Shown: piece by piece, positions 36,246 through 50,026 of the stretch
Position numbering within the stretch: the first letter of the stretch is position 1
Layout: every line of letters starts with the position of its first letter
DNA from: Felis catus
Taxonomy: Eukaryota
Reading direction: 5' to 3'
Assembly: GCF_018350175.1 (NCBI RefSeq)
Contig: NC_058368.1
Location: 137,766,001-137,830,000, forward strand
Length of the DNA stretch: 64,000 bases
Made by a program: the position numbers and the translations under genes
Notes under the pieces: model-generated
Told to the model about the DNA's origin: nothing
Seen by the model: only the letters and a program-made list of their open reading frames with translations
Databases searched by the model: none

Positions 36246-38819
36246 AAAGTGTCTGTGTGTCAATATCCCAACTTGAGGAAAAGCATGGGGAGAGGAACCA
36301 AACTTGGGGATGAAAGACTCAACTTCACCCCTTATTTGCTCTATGACCTTGTAAAAAATCCCCTTAACCCATTCGACGCTTGGTTTCCTCATTTGAAATA
36401 TAGGGAAAATGAATCCCCCTCGAAGTGTTTTCTGTCAGAGAAGATACTGTCTGTAAACCTACAGGTTGCTGTTTCATTGTTAGCTGTAACATGAAGGTCT
36501 TGAATTTTTCTCTGAAATGGTAATTCTCTTTCTGTAAGATTTGAGCTGCTTAAGAGTAGCCGAGTCAGTTTTGTAGATTCTGTTCCTTGCCACTGGCCCT
36601 CAGGGCTTAACAGTGTTTAGTAGAGTAAATACTCCATAAACTTACTCACCCGTTGAGCAGCGGTTGTAGGCCTGGGTTATAAACATACACAAGACTTAAC
36701 TGTCCCATCAGGAAGGTCAGTCAATTGGGGGAGGGGGAGGAGACCAGATATCTGAATTTATAACTATAAAGCAGGTACATGTAATCGTAGTAAGATGAGC
36801 AGGTGATCATGTGTGCACATCCAACCTTTCCAACATAACGTCTCCTGGAAATAAAAGTTGAGGACTTTGATGGATTGGGGAATCTGTGTCTCTCGCCGTT
36901 GAATCCCGCATACTTCCAACAGAAGGAAAGGGTTGAACATGGTTCAAAAGGATTTCTAAAAATGTATGATGTTAGCTATTTAAGGAAATAAAAACATCAC
37001 TAACATATGATTGCTAGTAGAATGGGAACTTGAAAAATATCATATTTCCGCAGCGAGGGGCCATTCTTAGCTCACCCGCTTTCCTGGTAACCTCTCGATT
37101 ATTTTGTCTTAAAAACCCTAATAAAAACATCATGTAATTCCTTCCAATAGTGGGTTCAAAGCAAAGCAATGGAGTGGATCAGCTACGTATTTTCTCGGTT
37201 ATTCATAGGGCTAAAGCCCCACGAGGGAGGCATTAGATGGACCTACTTCTATTAGGTCATATGTTGTTTATAATGAGTTTCTGAAAATCCAGTTGTCTTT
37301 TCTCAGGACCCCAGGATGTTATGACCAAAAACATACATTTCAGAACCTCTCCACCTCCCGAGCCCTGCTCAAAAGGAGCCTTGCTGTATCTTTGGAGTCT
37401 CGATATTGAAATATTTCCGTTGATGAGTACTTGGCATAGCAGGTTTCAAAACCTTGGTATTCGGAATCGCTTGCTAATGTTTTCTTAAATTACATCCTCT
37501 TGTGGGTCCATCAAATCCTGTAGTTATTACAAATAAATAAATGGAGTTTCTCTTCATGATGTAAACCAGCTTTCAATGAAGTCATCGAGGGGAAGTTTGG
37601 TTTGGATGAGAGCATCGCCTACCCAGGACAAGCGCTGCTTTCCGCTCGCTGGGGGCTGGAGGCGCTGGTCAGCAGCTGCTCTCAGGCGACCGAGTAGAGC
37701 AAACTCCTGCTGTTTCATTTCTTGTTGTAACTTCCAGCAGGAAATTCCGCATTTTCAAATGCTCCTTTTCCCAAAAGTCCTGTGTGTGTGGTGACCACGG
37801 CCCAGCCACCCTGGAGCTGCTTGAAGACAGACGGTGTATTGGTGCTCACTCCCCACATCCCCACCCCAATGTGGACCATGCTGGAGGCCCTAGGGCAATC
37901 CTACAGCGTGTAGGTGTCCCCAAAGCTGACGTGTCTTGCCCTAAGCCACAAGGCACCGGTCTTCCCCAAGCACAATGGGAAATCCATTATTGAGGATGAA
38001 AGGGAGGTGGGATGAGAAGGTTGACTCCCAGGAGAGCAGCAGAGACTCTCGGGGCTCATCCTGGGTACACTTCTGGGACACCACCTGGGAGGTAGACATT
38101 CTTGTGGACCCACCTCATGGGGAGTGGTAAGCAGGCAGTGTCCTGAATACCTGCGGGCAGCCCGACCCTCCACGGTGGCACGAGGCAGAAGGTACCCCCA
38201 TATTGGCGTGGAAGTAATTCCCACTCACGGACACAGTTTGGGTCTGGAGAGCTGTCTCACAGCATTTCTTGGCTGGATAATTTCCTTTTCTGCATCTTGA
38301 AATGTAAGGCAGGGTCTCCTCTGTGCAGGGCCTCTCTTTCCCACCTCTCCCCCACAAAAATGCTTTCCCTATGTGCCTAGTAATAGGGAAATATACTTCT
38401 TAAATCATAATAGAGAAGTGTTGTCTAGGATTTGGGGCATAATTGAGAGCCAGAAATATAAGGTTAATGCTGTTGCTTCAGTGATATGTATAGATTGTTG
38501 TTGCGTTTCTTCATTCTTTTCCTTATTCATATGGTGGAAACTGCTACCTTATAAGGGTGTCAAACAGCTCCTGGACTCAGGGTCCTGCCTTTTGATTGCC
38601 TTCAGATTTGCATCGGTAGCTAAATGGAAATTAATCAGAGCTAGATAGCTTAAGGCTATCGAGTGGCTTCAGGGTAAAAGGCTGATTTTAAGTGAGGAGT
38701 TTGCTATTGTGTTGTTCCATAACCAAGTAAGAGAAAGAGAAATGAAAATGCCCAAATTCACCAGTGCCCCTACTCCCTCAATATAAATGCCCCTGCTGGG
38801 ATTCAATAGAAAACGAAAG

Positions 38820-39340
38820 GCAGCGCAGTGCAGTGGTTAGGAACATGTGCCCCGAAATCAGAGAGACTTGTGCTCAAATCCCTGCTCTGTACATTTACCA
38901 CCATTTATCTTGGGAAACTCGCCACTTTGAGCCTCAGATTGCACATCTCCAAGACCAGGATCAACACTACCTACCCCACATCGGCGGGTAAGGTTTGATA
39001 GCGTGCTTATAACAATTGGCACATGGCAGGCTCCCAGTGATCAGTCATTAAGCTTCACTTCACCCTGAAGTTCAGCTTTGCCGCCTACCCAGGAACCAAG
39101 GCTTCACACCATTATACACATTGTCTTCCCCCCTCTGGAAGGTAAGACCCGCAAGGCAGAGATTTTCCTTTCCTTTATTTACAACCATTTCCTCAGTACC
39201 CACGACAATGTTCGAAGCCTGGGAGGTCCTCAAGAACTAAATAAATTCACTCATTCATTTGGTTTCCATGCAACAAATTTTCACTGAATACCTACGCGCC
39301 AGGCAATGTGTGCCAGACAATGTGCGCAACTCAAAATAAC
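38820..39340. mobile_element. MIR (about 38820-39040) followed by L2 3'-end fragments
   Basis: GCAGTGCAGTGGTTAGGAACATG...GAGCCTCAGATTGCACATCT; GAAGGTAAG...CAAGGCAGAGAT; CACTCATTCATTT...CAACAAATTTTCACTGAATACCTAC. Confidence 0.7.
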
Positions 39341-39959
39341 AGGTCCCTTGAGGGACGATGAGATACCATCTCGTGTAGAGATGTGAGGCTCAGGCAAAAG
39401 AACTAAAGGTTGCTTTCAGGGAGTGCCCAAGAGCAACACTGGGTGGTGTGAGAGCCAACAGAGACCTTCACACGACAAGGGGCTGGTGGGATGAGCGGGT
39501 CACGGTGGGCTTTGCATAGAAGCAGGTGTGGAGTTAGGGCTCCAGCCTCCTCCTAAAGAAGGCAGCACCAGGGTACATCGTAGAGGGCTCAGTCAGGTAC
39601 CTGGGTCTCTTTATGGGTCCAGTAAGACTAGTTCTTAGGGCTGGTAATAAGCTCACAAGTTTTTGAGAAATGATTGGAAAGCAATTAGTAATTCTATTTT
39701 TCATTCCGATTGCTAACAAAAGAAAAGTTCCACGTCTTGGTAAACACTGATCAGCAATCCCATAAACTCATAAAAAACAAAACTCTATTTCACATGACAA
39801 GTTTTCTGCCCTTGGAAAATTTGCAGAATGACCAAAGGAGACAGTAAACTGATCCACCAGTAAACGTACTGGCATTTTTACAGCCCCAAGCCTCTCTGCC
39901 CCTTGTTGGTTTTTAGAATGTTCCTGCCTTCACCTTATCAGGTCTGAGACCTGACAGGC

Positions 39960-40040
39960 TCCCCCCTTCCTCCCTTCCTCCCTCCCTCCCTCCCTCCCTC
40001 CCTCCCTTCCTTCCTTCCTTCCTTCCTTCCTTCCTTCCTT
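39960..40040 (+). repeat. (CCCT)n(CCTT)n pyrimidine microsatellite forming a SINE tail
   Basis: Direct read; lies inside the TSD of the adjacent SINE. Confidence 0.95.
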
Positions 40041-40259
40041 CCTTCCTTCCTTCCTTCCTTTTTAAGATTTATTTATTTGTGAGAGAGAGAGAACAAGAAG
40101 GGAAGGGGCAGAGAGAGAGAGAGAGAGAGGGACAGAAGATCCGCAGTGAGCTCTTGCACTGACAGCAGCGAGCCCAACGTGGGGTTCAAACTCACGAGGC
40201 ATGAGATCATGATCTAAGCTCAAGTCAGAGGCTCAACTGACTGAGCCACCCAGGTGCCT
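40041..40259 (-). mobile_element. CAN-SINE
   Basis: Reverse SINE; TSD CTGACAGGC at 39951-39959 and 40260-40268. Confidence 0.92.
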
Positions 40260-40699
40260 CTGACAGGCCTCTTTCTAATTTTCCCTGATAAGAGATGCTT
40301 GCCTTTTGCCTTGATTCTTCGATTTCCCTCCTTTTCCTGACAAGAACATCACTGGGTCCTAAACTCCACAAGCTGAACCACAGGGCGAGTTGGGGCTCAG
40401 TGGGCTAGAGGCATTCCTGCAGAGTCCCTTGTGTTTCCTGATGGCCTGCCTCCTTTCCCCACAGCCCTTCGTCTCACCTCCACATCTGAGAGATGGCCAG
40501 AGCGAAGCCCATGATGCCTACATCTACATTTATTGCCTGGGTGCTTACCCCCCACCCCAAGAAGCCAGACGTCCCCAACGGCCCTCTCGCTAGGACTCAT
40601 CCCCACAGAGCCAGGTATATTCCTGCTTGAGCCAAGTATATCCCCCCAACTCCCCACCTTGCACACTCCCAGACACCTTCACCCAGTGCTCTCTGGAAT

Positions 40700-43520
40700 G
40701 CACAGCCAATCATCAAGAGAATCCCCCAAATCCTCTACTTCTCCTCTAAACGTTCCTTCACCTTCTGCTTCAGGAGGGAGCCTAATCCTCTCTGAGGGAA
40801 CTGCTTCCCTACAGCTCCCTCAGGGGTTCTGGCACAGGGACAGATGTCTTCTTCCTTTCCAGAGGACTGTCTCTTCTTCAAACATCAGACTATGGCCTCC
40901 AGGTCATTCCTTGAAGATTCTGCCCCAGGTTCATGATCTCTCTCTGCAACATCACTCCTGCCCTGATTCAATGTCCTGGCCCCTTAGTTATTTGATTTCT
41001 TTTCTTCCAGTCATCTTGTCCTATGCATACCTCCCATATTCTCGATTCCAACCTTCCCCCACTACCAGTCACCACTCCTATATTTCTAGCTCACTCCTCT
41101 AATCTTCCAACACAGTAACTCCTGGAATCCACCAGGACCCCCAACTTACATCCCTTCTGACCACCCTTCCTCTGCCACATAGCGTCACCTCCCTCCTTAC
41201 CCAGCACAGAGCCCATGATCTGTCGCACATCCTAACTCCCTTCCCCCCTCACCTTGCTTAGGGCTCAACAGGAAAAAACCCAACCCTGTTAAATCCAATT
41301 CTCCACCCACTGATCATCCGCTCTCAAGCACGTAAAACATGCCATACTCTCTTAGATTTTATTTTCCAATGAGAAATATCTTAGACAAGGATTGCAGCAC
41401 AAATGGTTTTTTGGGAGATGATCCTAAGAAACATCAGAAGAGTCAGGAAGTAAGACAGGGGATGAAAGAAAACCAATAAAGGATTACTAATAAGCAAATT
41501 ATCTCTGTGGACAACTGGGGAATCCCAGTGGGGAATGCTGCCCAATGTGTTGAACATGCCTCAAAACTACCCCAGCTGAATGCTGTGGGAGCTGGAGTAT
41601 TTATCCACCAAAGCCCGGTCCATCATTGGTTGAGAACTGCTTCAGAGGCACAGTAAGTCTTTAGCGCACCCTGATTACGCAGTGTGTAGGCAGCGCGTGC
41701 TCCCACAGCCAGAACAAAGCCCTGAGGCAGCACATTGGAAATGCATGCAGTCATTGTGGGAAGGTGAGTGCCTGCAGGTCACCCCCCACCCCAAGCAACG
41801 TCTACACTTACTGACCACTTTCCACCTGAGATAGGCCATTAAAGCTACCTGACAATCTTGTTGCATTCCTCCAGGGAAATCTGTCCCTCTCTCACACGCT
41901 CCCGGAAAACTCTTTCTCACTTCTTCCTCGCTCCTTAAACTTCCAAGCTCCCCCAGCCTTTGACCTTGCTTCTTCCTTCATGGAAATAACCAAAGCCCTC
42001 AGAACACAAGTGCATCCCCTCCCACCAGCACACCCACTCTACCTGCCCCTGTACCTATTCCTTCTGCCATCCTCCTATTGACCGTGAATGAGCTCAGCAT
42101 TATCATCTCCAACACCGAGCCCTCCACCTGGGTGCCGTTAGCCCCATCCCTTCTCCCTACTCAAGGTCAGCACCCCTGTATTTGCTTCGCCCTGCCTGCC
42201 TCATCTATGTTCCCGTATTAGTATCCAAACCTTCTGTAACTTCTCCCATCTCAAAACAAAACAAAAACAAAATCCAGAGACCAATCCAGGCACTGCCCAT
42301 TTCTTTACTCTCCTTTAGAGCAAAACTCTTGAAAAAATTTGTGTATTCCTGCTGTCTCTAATTCCTTTTTTCCCATTCGCTTTATCTAACTTAGAAACAA
42401 TTTACCATGACAGTTTTCAATCATACATAAAAATAAAGAATATTATAATGAACTCCATAATCACATCACCCAAATTTAATAATTATGAATGCGATACTTA
42501 CTTGCTTCATTCTTTTTTTCCCTTGCTGAAGTATTTCAAAGCAATCACAGATAACATGACATTTCACTGTTCAATATTTTGAAATGCATCTGTAAAGACA
42601 TGAAAAATTTTCTTACATAACTTTAATAATAGGTAAGAACAATGAGGTAACACCATTGTAATATATATTGTGTAACAATAAAACCAACCCTGCCCAGGTT
42701 TTTTTGTCCCCACTATTCCACACAAACTTTTCTTACCTTAACATTCATGACCAATAAGCCCAATGGCCATTTCTCCCTGGTAGGAGAAAGGCTTGGCATT
42801 TGCTTCGCATTAAGCACTCCCTTAGAACACAGGACTTTCAGTGCTAAGACACGGAGAGGCCTGGGCAACAGGACAGTTGGTTGCCCTATTTCTCAGTTTT
42901 TATCCTCCTCAACTTTTCAGGAGCAATCACAGAGGTGATTACTCCTTTCTTCTTGAACAACATTCTTTTCTTGTCTACTGGGACCCCGCTCTCCCTTGAC
43001 TGTCCCCCTCCCTCTCTGGCCGCTGTGCATCTGTCTGACCTCTGAATGTTGGCACAGCCCAGGAGTCTCTGTTCACAGGCCCTTTTCATCTTTCCTCACT
43101 TTCAAGTCTTTAAATACCACGCACACACTGATAACTCACGGTTTTCTATCTCCAACCCAGACCTCTTGCCTACATGCAGACTCTTATTCATCTGACTCCT
43201 TGGCATCTTCCCTTGGAAGTCTCAAAGGCATCTCAGGCTTCGGAGTTCAAAACCAAATTCTTGATCTCTCTTTGAAAACCACCTCTTCTTACAGCCCTCT
43301 TTATGACAGTAAATGGCAAATGCCTTCTTCTATCTATTCAGAGTAAAAATCTTGGAGTCATCTTTGACTCCTCTCTCTTACGCTTACTAAAATCTACTAG
43401 CAAATCTTATTTTCTTTCAAAAATCGGTGACAGTCTAAGGACTCACTTTCCCCATTTGCTCAAATTATTGCAACAGTCTGCTAACTGGTGCCCCTCTGTC
43501 ATTCATTGATCCCTTTACCA
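40700..43520 (+). mobile_element. Long degraded L2 (ORF2/RT region) with MLT1 and L1 insertions
   Basis: C/T-rich L2 sense sequence. 42890-42970 resembles the L2 RT segment (consensus SVLILLDLSAAFDTVDHSLLL). AAAAATCTTGGAGTCATCTTTGACTCCTCTCT at about 43345. Confidence 0.8.
41346..41806 (-). mobile_element. MaLR LTR, MLT1I/J-like
   Basis: Shares TTGGGAGATGATCC, GAGTATTTATCCACCAA and CATTGGTTGA blocks with the element at 20391-21054. Confidence 0.78.
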
Positions 43521-45258
43521 TGCTAAGATGTTCGGAGTTTTATGTCCTTACGTTAAAGCTTGAGAAATGTAAGAATCATGTATTAATAGAAGCGTGAAAG
43601 AATTTCCCTATGATTCTATCCTAGAGGAATATATTAGGTCATAGGCATAATACTGACGCTCTTTTAACGTTTGATTTTACAAAGAATCTATCCTAGGCTG
43701 TGTCTAGAGAGCCATAATTAAAAGATTGAGTTGTCTAAGACTGTGGAATACATTTTCCACATTTCTCTATTTTTTAGAAGAAGCTATATTGCACATGAAA
43801 CAAATAACTGGGTCACTTCCATTTCAATCCTGTTTTGCTGACACAGACTTTAATAATTTTTAGAATACTTTATAAACTTGTATTAAAATGCACATTTCTC
43901 ATATTAAGAAGCCGGAGAATATGAGAGGAACCCAACTGCTGGCCTCTATTCAGTGTGCCCACCCCTTGAAGCCAAATTTTCTGGAGGTAGGGGTGCCTAA
44001 CTGTAGCAACTCTTCTTATGTTTTAGCTTTTCATTACAAATAGTGCCTCTCACAAAGTGATTTCTCTGCTGTCCCAGCAGATCATTAATTTTAGCATTGC
44101 ATTGCGGTCTCTATTTTAGAAACCTTTCTTTAAAAAGAATCACTTCTAATTTTTAGAGGAATTCTTGAAAAACTAACATGACAATTGTTTCATTGCCATG
44201 AAAAATAATATGTTTCTAATTATCTTTCCCCAGAAGCTCCCCAGCAAACACAGCTGTGATTATTCATAATTCTCAATAATCAATAAAATATTGGCCAAGC
44301 CCTTTATTACTAGGATTACATGCAAAGACGCATGGAGAATGTTATCTGTGGTGTAGCCACCAAGAGTTCTAATGGAATACCTCCTGCCACCACAAAATCG
44401 TGCTGAATACTATAGAGACGGACTTTCCTTCTCCTAAAACCGTGCTGACTTGCTCTGCACATATAAAAAGCCGAGTTAATCGTCCGAGAAACCAGTGGGG
44501 AAAGAGCAGCTCCTTGAGGCAGGCTGTGTCTTCTGTCCGGACCTCCTCCCTCCTCCTTCTGGAGAAAGGGCAGACTGTGCCTTGGCCGTCACACTTCCTC
44601 CATTCTTCCCAATTCCCGGAAGTCACAACATGCCTCCACATGCAGTTACCCAGCTCCTGATCATGGAACTGGGCTCAGTCTTCCGAGGCTGTCACGATAA
44701 CTGTGATCTCTTCCACAATGTGAAAGGACTTCCACCAATTCCTAACTGCCCGCGGAACTCTTCCCTGGGTTTGTCCGGCCATATGTCCTCGGGAGGGGCC
44801 TGAGCCGTTGGAAAACTTAAAATGTGGTCCAGCAGGACCCGTGTCTTTGGTCCAGCGTGATCACGGTAGACCTTTTTCAGCCATCGGGGTTCAACACTGT
44901 TTAGAAGAACGCAAGTGGCAAGAGAGGCCACAGCAAAGCAAACAGCCCACTGAATGATGTCGCCTGACACGCTCTTCCCAGGACAATGCAACTAGCTGCA
45001 TGTGCAGGATGGTGGGCATATGCTCATGGGAAACACATCCTCTGTAGATGCTGATGAATCACACAGAGGTTCTGCGCCACCCTTCTCATACCTGAAGCGC
45101 TAATCGCCCATTATTATCTTTTGACAGGAGAAAATGGCCGAAGACCCCCCCCACACACACACCTAAGAAGGTTTACAAAGCCTGCCTTACCTAATTTGAT
45201 TCAGATTCACTGTATAAATACTCCATGTCACTTTCTCTCGACAGAAACAATCAAGTCT

Positions 45259-45470
45259 GGGGTGCCTGGGTGGCTCAGTCTGTTAAGCACCTGACTTCAT
45301 CTCAGGTCACGAACTTGCAGGCCGTGGGTTTGAACCCCACAATAGGCTCTGTGCTGACAGCTCAGAGCCTGGAACCCGCTTCATATTCTGTGTCTCCCTC
45401 TCTCTCTGCCCCTCCCCCACTTGTGCTCTCTCTCTCAAAAATAAATAAACATTAAAAAAATTTTTTAAAA
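45259..45470 (+). mobile_element. CAN-SINE
   Basis: Full SINE; TSD AGAAACAATCAAGTCT/AGAAAGAATCGAGTCT. Confidence 0.94.
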
Positions 45471-45528
45471 AGAAAGAATCGAGTCTGCATAACCAAACTG
45501 AGCAAGACAGCTAGTAACAGTTTCAGAT

Positions 45529-45723
45529 TTTTTTTTCATTTTTTTTTTATTTTTGAGGGAGAGAGAGAAAGTGGGGGAGGGGCAGAGAAAGGGGGACAGA
45601 AGATCCGAAGCAGGCTCTGGATTGACAGCAGCAAGCCCCATGCAGGGCTCGAACTCATGAATCATGAAATCACAACCTGAGTCGAAGTCAGACGCTCAAC
45701 CAACTGAGCCACACAGGCACCCC
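45529..45723 (-). mobile_element. CAN-SINE
   Basis: Reverse SINE ending GAGCCACACAGGCACCCC; TTCAGAT on both flanks. Confidence 0.92.
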
Positions 45724-47629
45724 TTCAGATATTCCTTTGGCTCATAATAGATATCACCTCTGCCAGGACTCCCATAAAATTAAGGTCTCATTGTAAATAC
45801 ACAATCATTTCACTACAGATAACTGGACACCCTCTTTCAGAGAGAAGCTATTGTTCAGTTTTGTTTGTTTCAAGTGAGTTTCTGTATTTCAAAGGAAAGA
45901 AACAGTGGCTGATTGTTTGTCTACCTAGCATCTGTTCCCTTTTCCTAATTAGCAGTCTGATTTCTTTTTTGGGAAATAACTCTTTCCCCCATGTGTAGTT
46001 TGGGTGGGATTACTACCTGCTGTCACAGAAGCTGAGAGACTAGATACTATTTTCTCCTATGGCATATCCGCGATAAAAACCCAACCAACTGGATGCCTCT
46101 TCTCAAGACCGTGACTCTTGAGTGACCCAAGGGTGGCAACCTTGCCTTATCCAGACCATTAGAGCTATGGCATCGTTCCCAGACCACAGGCTTCCTCACT
46201 CTGGAGCAGTCTTGGTTTCCACCTGCCTCCACGCCCATTTCTTCAGGCTCCCTGTCCATCTGGGAACACCAGAGAGCTGCTAAACAATTCCCCTTCTCTT
46301 GGGTCATCCAGAATTCCTGCCTCTTGCCTACACCACAGCACTCTGACTCACCCACTAACACAATTGAGGAAAACATACTTCTGACCCCACAAACACCTTC
46401 TCTTCGGCCCGCGGGCAAGAGAGAAGCTCAGTGAGCTGCTGATTAATAGGGTTATGTGTGTCCATAAATGTGCAGATAGGTGGCCGGGCCTGCTCTACTG
46501 GCACTCCGTGTGGACCATACAATGGCAGGGCTCTGATATGAATCACTGGAATATTCTTAACCCACTTGACCATCCTGGGCTCTGCTTGTCAGTTAAAAAA
46601 AGTAAATCAAGAGCCTTCGTTTTTATTAACCAACCTAAATTACGTGGGTCCGGTTGAGACAGCACAACTTAGTGGCATCAGACTTTCAGCACACCTGCTT
46701 ACGAGCCCTTGGGGGGGTTGAAATTTCCCTTTCCCTCCCAGAACTAGTATTATAAAAGGCTTCCCATGTTACCTGTCCTTCAGGGTCATGCGTGGGAATA
46801 AAAATGTTCCTGGGCGTGCTCATCTGAAATGGGTGAAAGGTTCGGGAATACCCATGTGGCAGGCAGGAAAGAATGCCATTCACCAAGGCAGCAAAGCACA
46901 AAGTCGTGAGTGGGAGGCGGGCATGGAGGGACATGAGGCTCACGGCCAGGGGTCCTCAGCATGTGGCCACAGTGAGTGCCTGAGGTGCCACTTCTATGAG
47001 GTTTATACCCTGAGAAATCCTCACACCTCACAGCTGGATAGATGTGTGGATTCCACACCAGGCCACTTGTGTGGCAGTGCCTGCTGAAGAGGGGACAGGC
47101 CGAAGAAGGGCAAACTGAGGGGTCCTATCTCTCAGATGATAGAGGCATCTCTTGGCTCAAGGCTTCGGCTTATGACGGCAGCAAAACAAAACAAGACAAA
47201 CACACAAAAACAAATGGCCCAAGCTGGCATTTTGCTGAGCCTTATTTATCAGTCAGTGCCTCCAACCAACCTCCCTGGTGCTTTCCAACAGTTGAGAAAT
47301 ACGGCTCCCACAGGGAGTGGCTCACAGGACCAGTGTTGCCAGAGACAGGGTGGGGATTTGAGATCTCTATCTAGATCAACCAAACCCCAAAGACCAAATA
47401 CGTAGTGCAGGCACGTAAAGGAACATTCAGAACTGAATACCCATTGGAGTCTCGACGGATGGACACTGAAGCGCAGAGACGTGGCCAGAAGGTAGGAGAA
47501 AAGATGCGCCAATAGGCCCGTCCAAACCGCAGGTCTGAGGTGTGCAAATATTCGAACAAGGTTCCCAGTTGGCTCAGGGAGGGAAGCAAGAAGGAAATGG
47601 GGCTGTTTCCTGGAGACTTGAGTTCATTA

Positions 47630-48180
47630 CTTCTTTTTTTTTTTTTAATTGCATTTTTTCATTGAGATAAAATTCACCGTTTTAAAGTGTACAATTGAGT
47701 GAGTTTTGTATACTCTTAATGTTGAGCAACCATCACCACTAATTCCAGAAAATTTCTATCACCCCAAAAAGAAACCCCATGCCCACTAGCAGTCATTTCC
47801 CCGTGTTCCTCCCCCCAACTCCAGGCAATCACAAATCTACCTTCTGACTGTGTGAATTTGCCTCTCGGGTATTTCATCTGAATGGAATCATACAATCTGT
47901 GGCCTTTTGTGTCTGGCTCCTTCCACCGAGAGTGCTTCCAAGGTTCGTCCTTGTTATAGCACATGTCCACACTTACTCTCTTCACAGCTGAGTAATATCC
48001 CAGTGCGTGGACATACCACATTTGTTGCCCCATTCAGTAGCTCATGAACATACGGATTGTTTCCACTTTTTGGCTACTGTGGATAGTGTTGCTGTGAACA
48101 TCTGTGTACAAGTTTGATTGTGAAGATATGTTTTCAGTTCTCTTGGGTATATACCTAGGAGTGGAATGGCTGGGTCCTAG
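47630..48180 (-). mobile_element. L1MB-like 3' end
   Basis: AAATTCACCGTTTTAAAGTGTACAATT...CAACCATCACCACTAATTCCAGAA...CTTGGGTATATACCTAGGAGTGGAATGGCTGGGTC. Confidence 0.92.
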
Positions 48181-48600
48181 AGTCCCTTTACGTCTTAAAA
48201 CTCTTATCTTCAGGGAAGGAGTACGGGGCAAAATGACAACAGTGCCGTCCTTGGCTGCCACGCTCTTGGATGCGAGGCCAGAGGCGCAGAGGGAGGGTGC
48301 CATGTGACGGTGTGACGTGAGCCCTTGGTGCCTGCAGGAGTGTGGTGGTGACCACAGTCTCTCCCTGAAAAGTGCAAGTAGAAGATGACGTGGCAAAGGA
48401 AGCCAGGCGAGAATCCGAGCGAGGACCCTTGCAGGGAACATCCATTGCCTCCTGCTTGTCAGCTCAGCTCCTCCCAGGGGTCTGCTGTCCCATCCACATT
48501 CCTTCCACTGCTGTTCTTTGCAGAAGCAGCAAAACATGGGTCAGGTAGTCAGGGGAATAGGTGCAAAGAACTGATAAGATTTTGTAAGATACCACCCTGA

Positions 48601-48856
48601 TGTCTTAGTTGGGCTGCTAAAGCCAACTACGTAGATTATGTGGCTTATAAACAATAGAAATTTATTTCTCACCATTCTAGAAACTGAAAGCCCAAGGTCA
48701 GGGTGCCATCATGGTGGGGTTCTGGTGACAGCCCTCTCCCAGGTTGCAGACCACCATTTTCTCACTGTGACCTCACATGGCAGAGGGAGCGTTTCTTCAG
48801 TCTCTTTTACAAGGGCGTTGATCCTATTCGCAGGGCCCCACCCCGTGACCTAATCT
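48601..48856 (-). mobile_element. MaLR LTR, MLT1A-like (partial)
   Basis: TGTCTTAGTTGGGCTGCT...GGCTTATAAACAATAGAAATTTATTTCTCAC...GTGACCTAATC. Confidence 0.85.
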
Positions 48857-50026
48857 TTCTTCCCTTTGTCATTAGGCTCTGTGGTGAGAGTCCAGAGTTT
48901 GGACGCCCTGCAAACACTCTGCCTTGGTCCAGCTCATGTCCAAATTTCCCTTCCGACACAAGAGCGATTTAGTGATGTTCCTGGCACCTTGTGAAACAAT
49001 GCACGCTATGACATTTCTGACCTAAAACGATGCCTTCCCCTTCTTTCCCTCTGCAAACTGCTATCCTGGCCAAAATTGGCCAGAAGAGAAGGCACACCTT
49101 TCTGCCAATCTAAGCTTGTCTTCTTCTGACTTGTCAGGCTATTTGAGTTCCTTTCCTCCCATAAATCCCAAAGGCACCGTAGCAATAGTTCAAATGGATT
49201 CTCACCCTGAAAGTGCAGATGCCGAGGAAACCCACAGGATGACGACAAGGCTGGTCTTCTGTTGTGGTGGTAGTGAAGACTGAAATGTTGTTTGTAGAGC
49301 TAATTAAAATGAAAAACAGAGAGTCTCCCTAATATTAGGTTTGAAGGTAGCTGTCTGGGGGGAGATTTGCCTTATCGTGCGCCTCCAGTCGGCACAGATC
49401 TAGCCTAGGTGGCTCACAATGCTGGCAGGTAAAAGGGCCCTAATCATTTTAAACACCGTTTTCCAATGCCTAACTTTACCTGGTGGGTGCTCTGCTAGGA
49501 GAAAGGGATACAAAAATTATTAAAACACTATTCTTGTCCTCAAGGAATTTATAATATTAATAGAAACATGTGAGGGAATCTGGTATGTTGGGCAAAAGAG
49601 AAAAGTTGAAGATTCCGGGGAAGATTTCGGGGAAAAGGGGACAGAGCCAGTACAGGCCAAGATCACTTAGCCTCATCGAGCGCCCTGAGGCTGGAAAGTC
49701 AGCAAGCCATATTCCTTCTGCTTCGACCACCGCGGTGGGAGGGGGAGAGGGAAGACTAGTTCTGTGGATCTAATGAGCCCACCTGCACCTTTCCTTGTGG
49801 CCTTAAACTCCGCAGATAGTCCCCTCTCTAAGCGCTACTAAAACCACAAACCCTAGATAATCCCTAGGGTGGAATTATTTGCTTGGAAGGCAAAAAGATG
49901 CTAGTGGCTTCTTTCAGAAAAGTGTCTGTCTCTATAACTGATTGAACCAAGTGAATCCCTACAGTCTATGGTAAGGATTCTACTGTATTCTAATTCTAAA
50001 GGCATTGATGACCCAAATATTTATAT

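Noticed and set aside
40533..41102. 189-aa Ser/Pro/Leu-rich ORF
   Set aside because: Lies largely in degraded C/T-rich L2 sequence; non-ATG start; compositional artefact.
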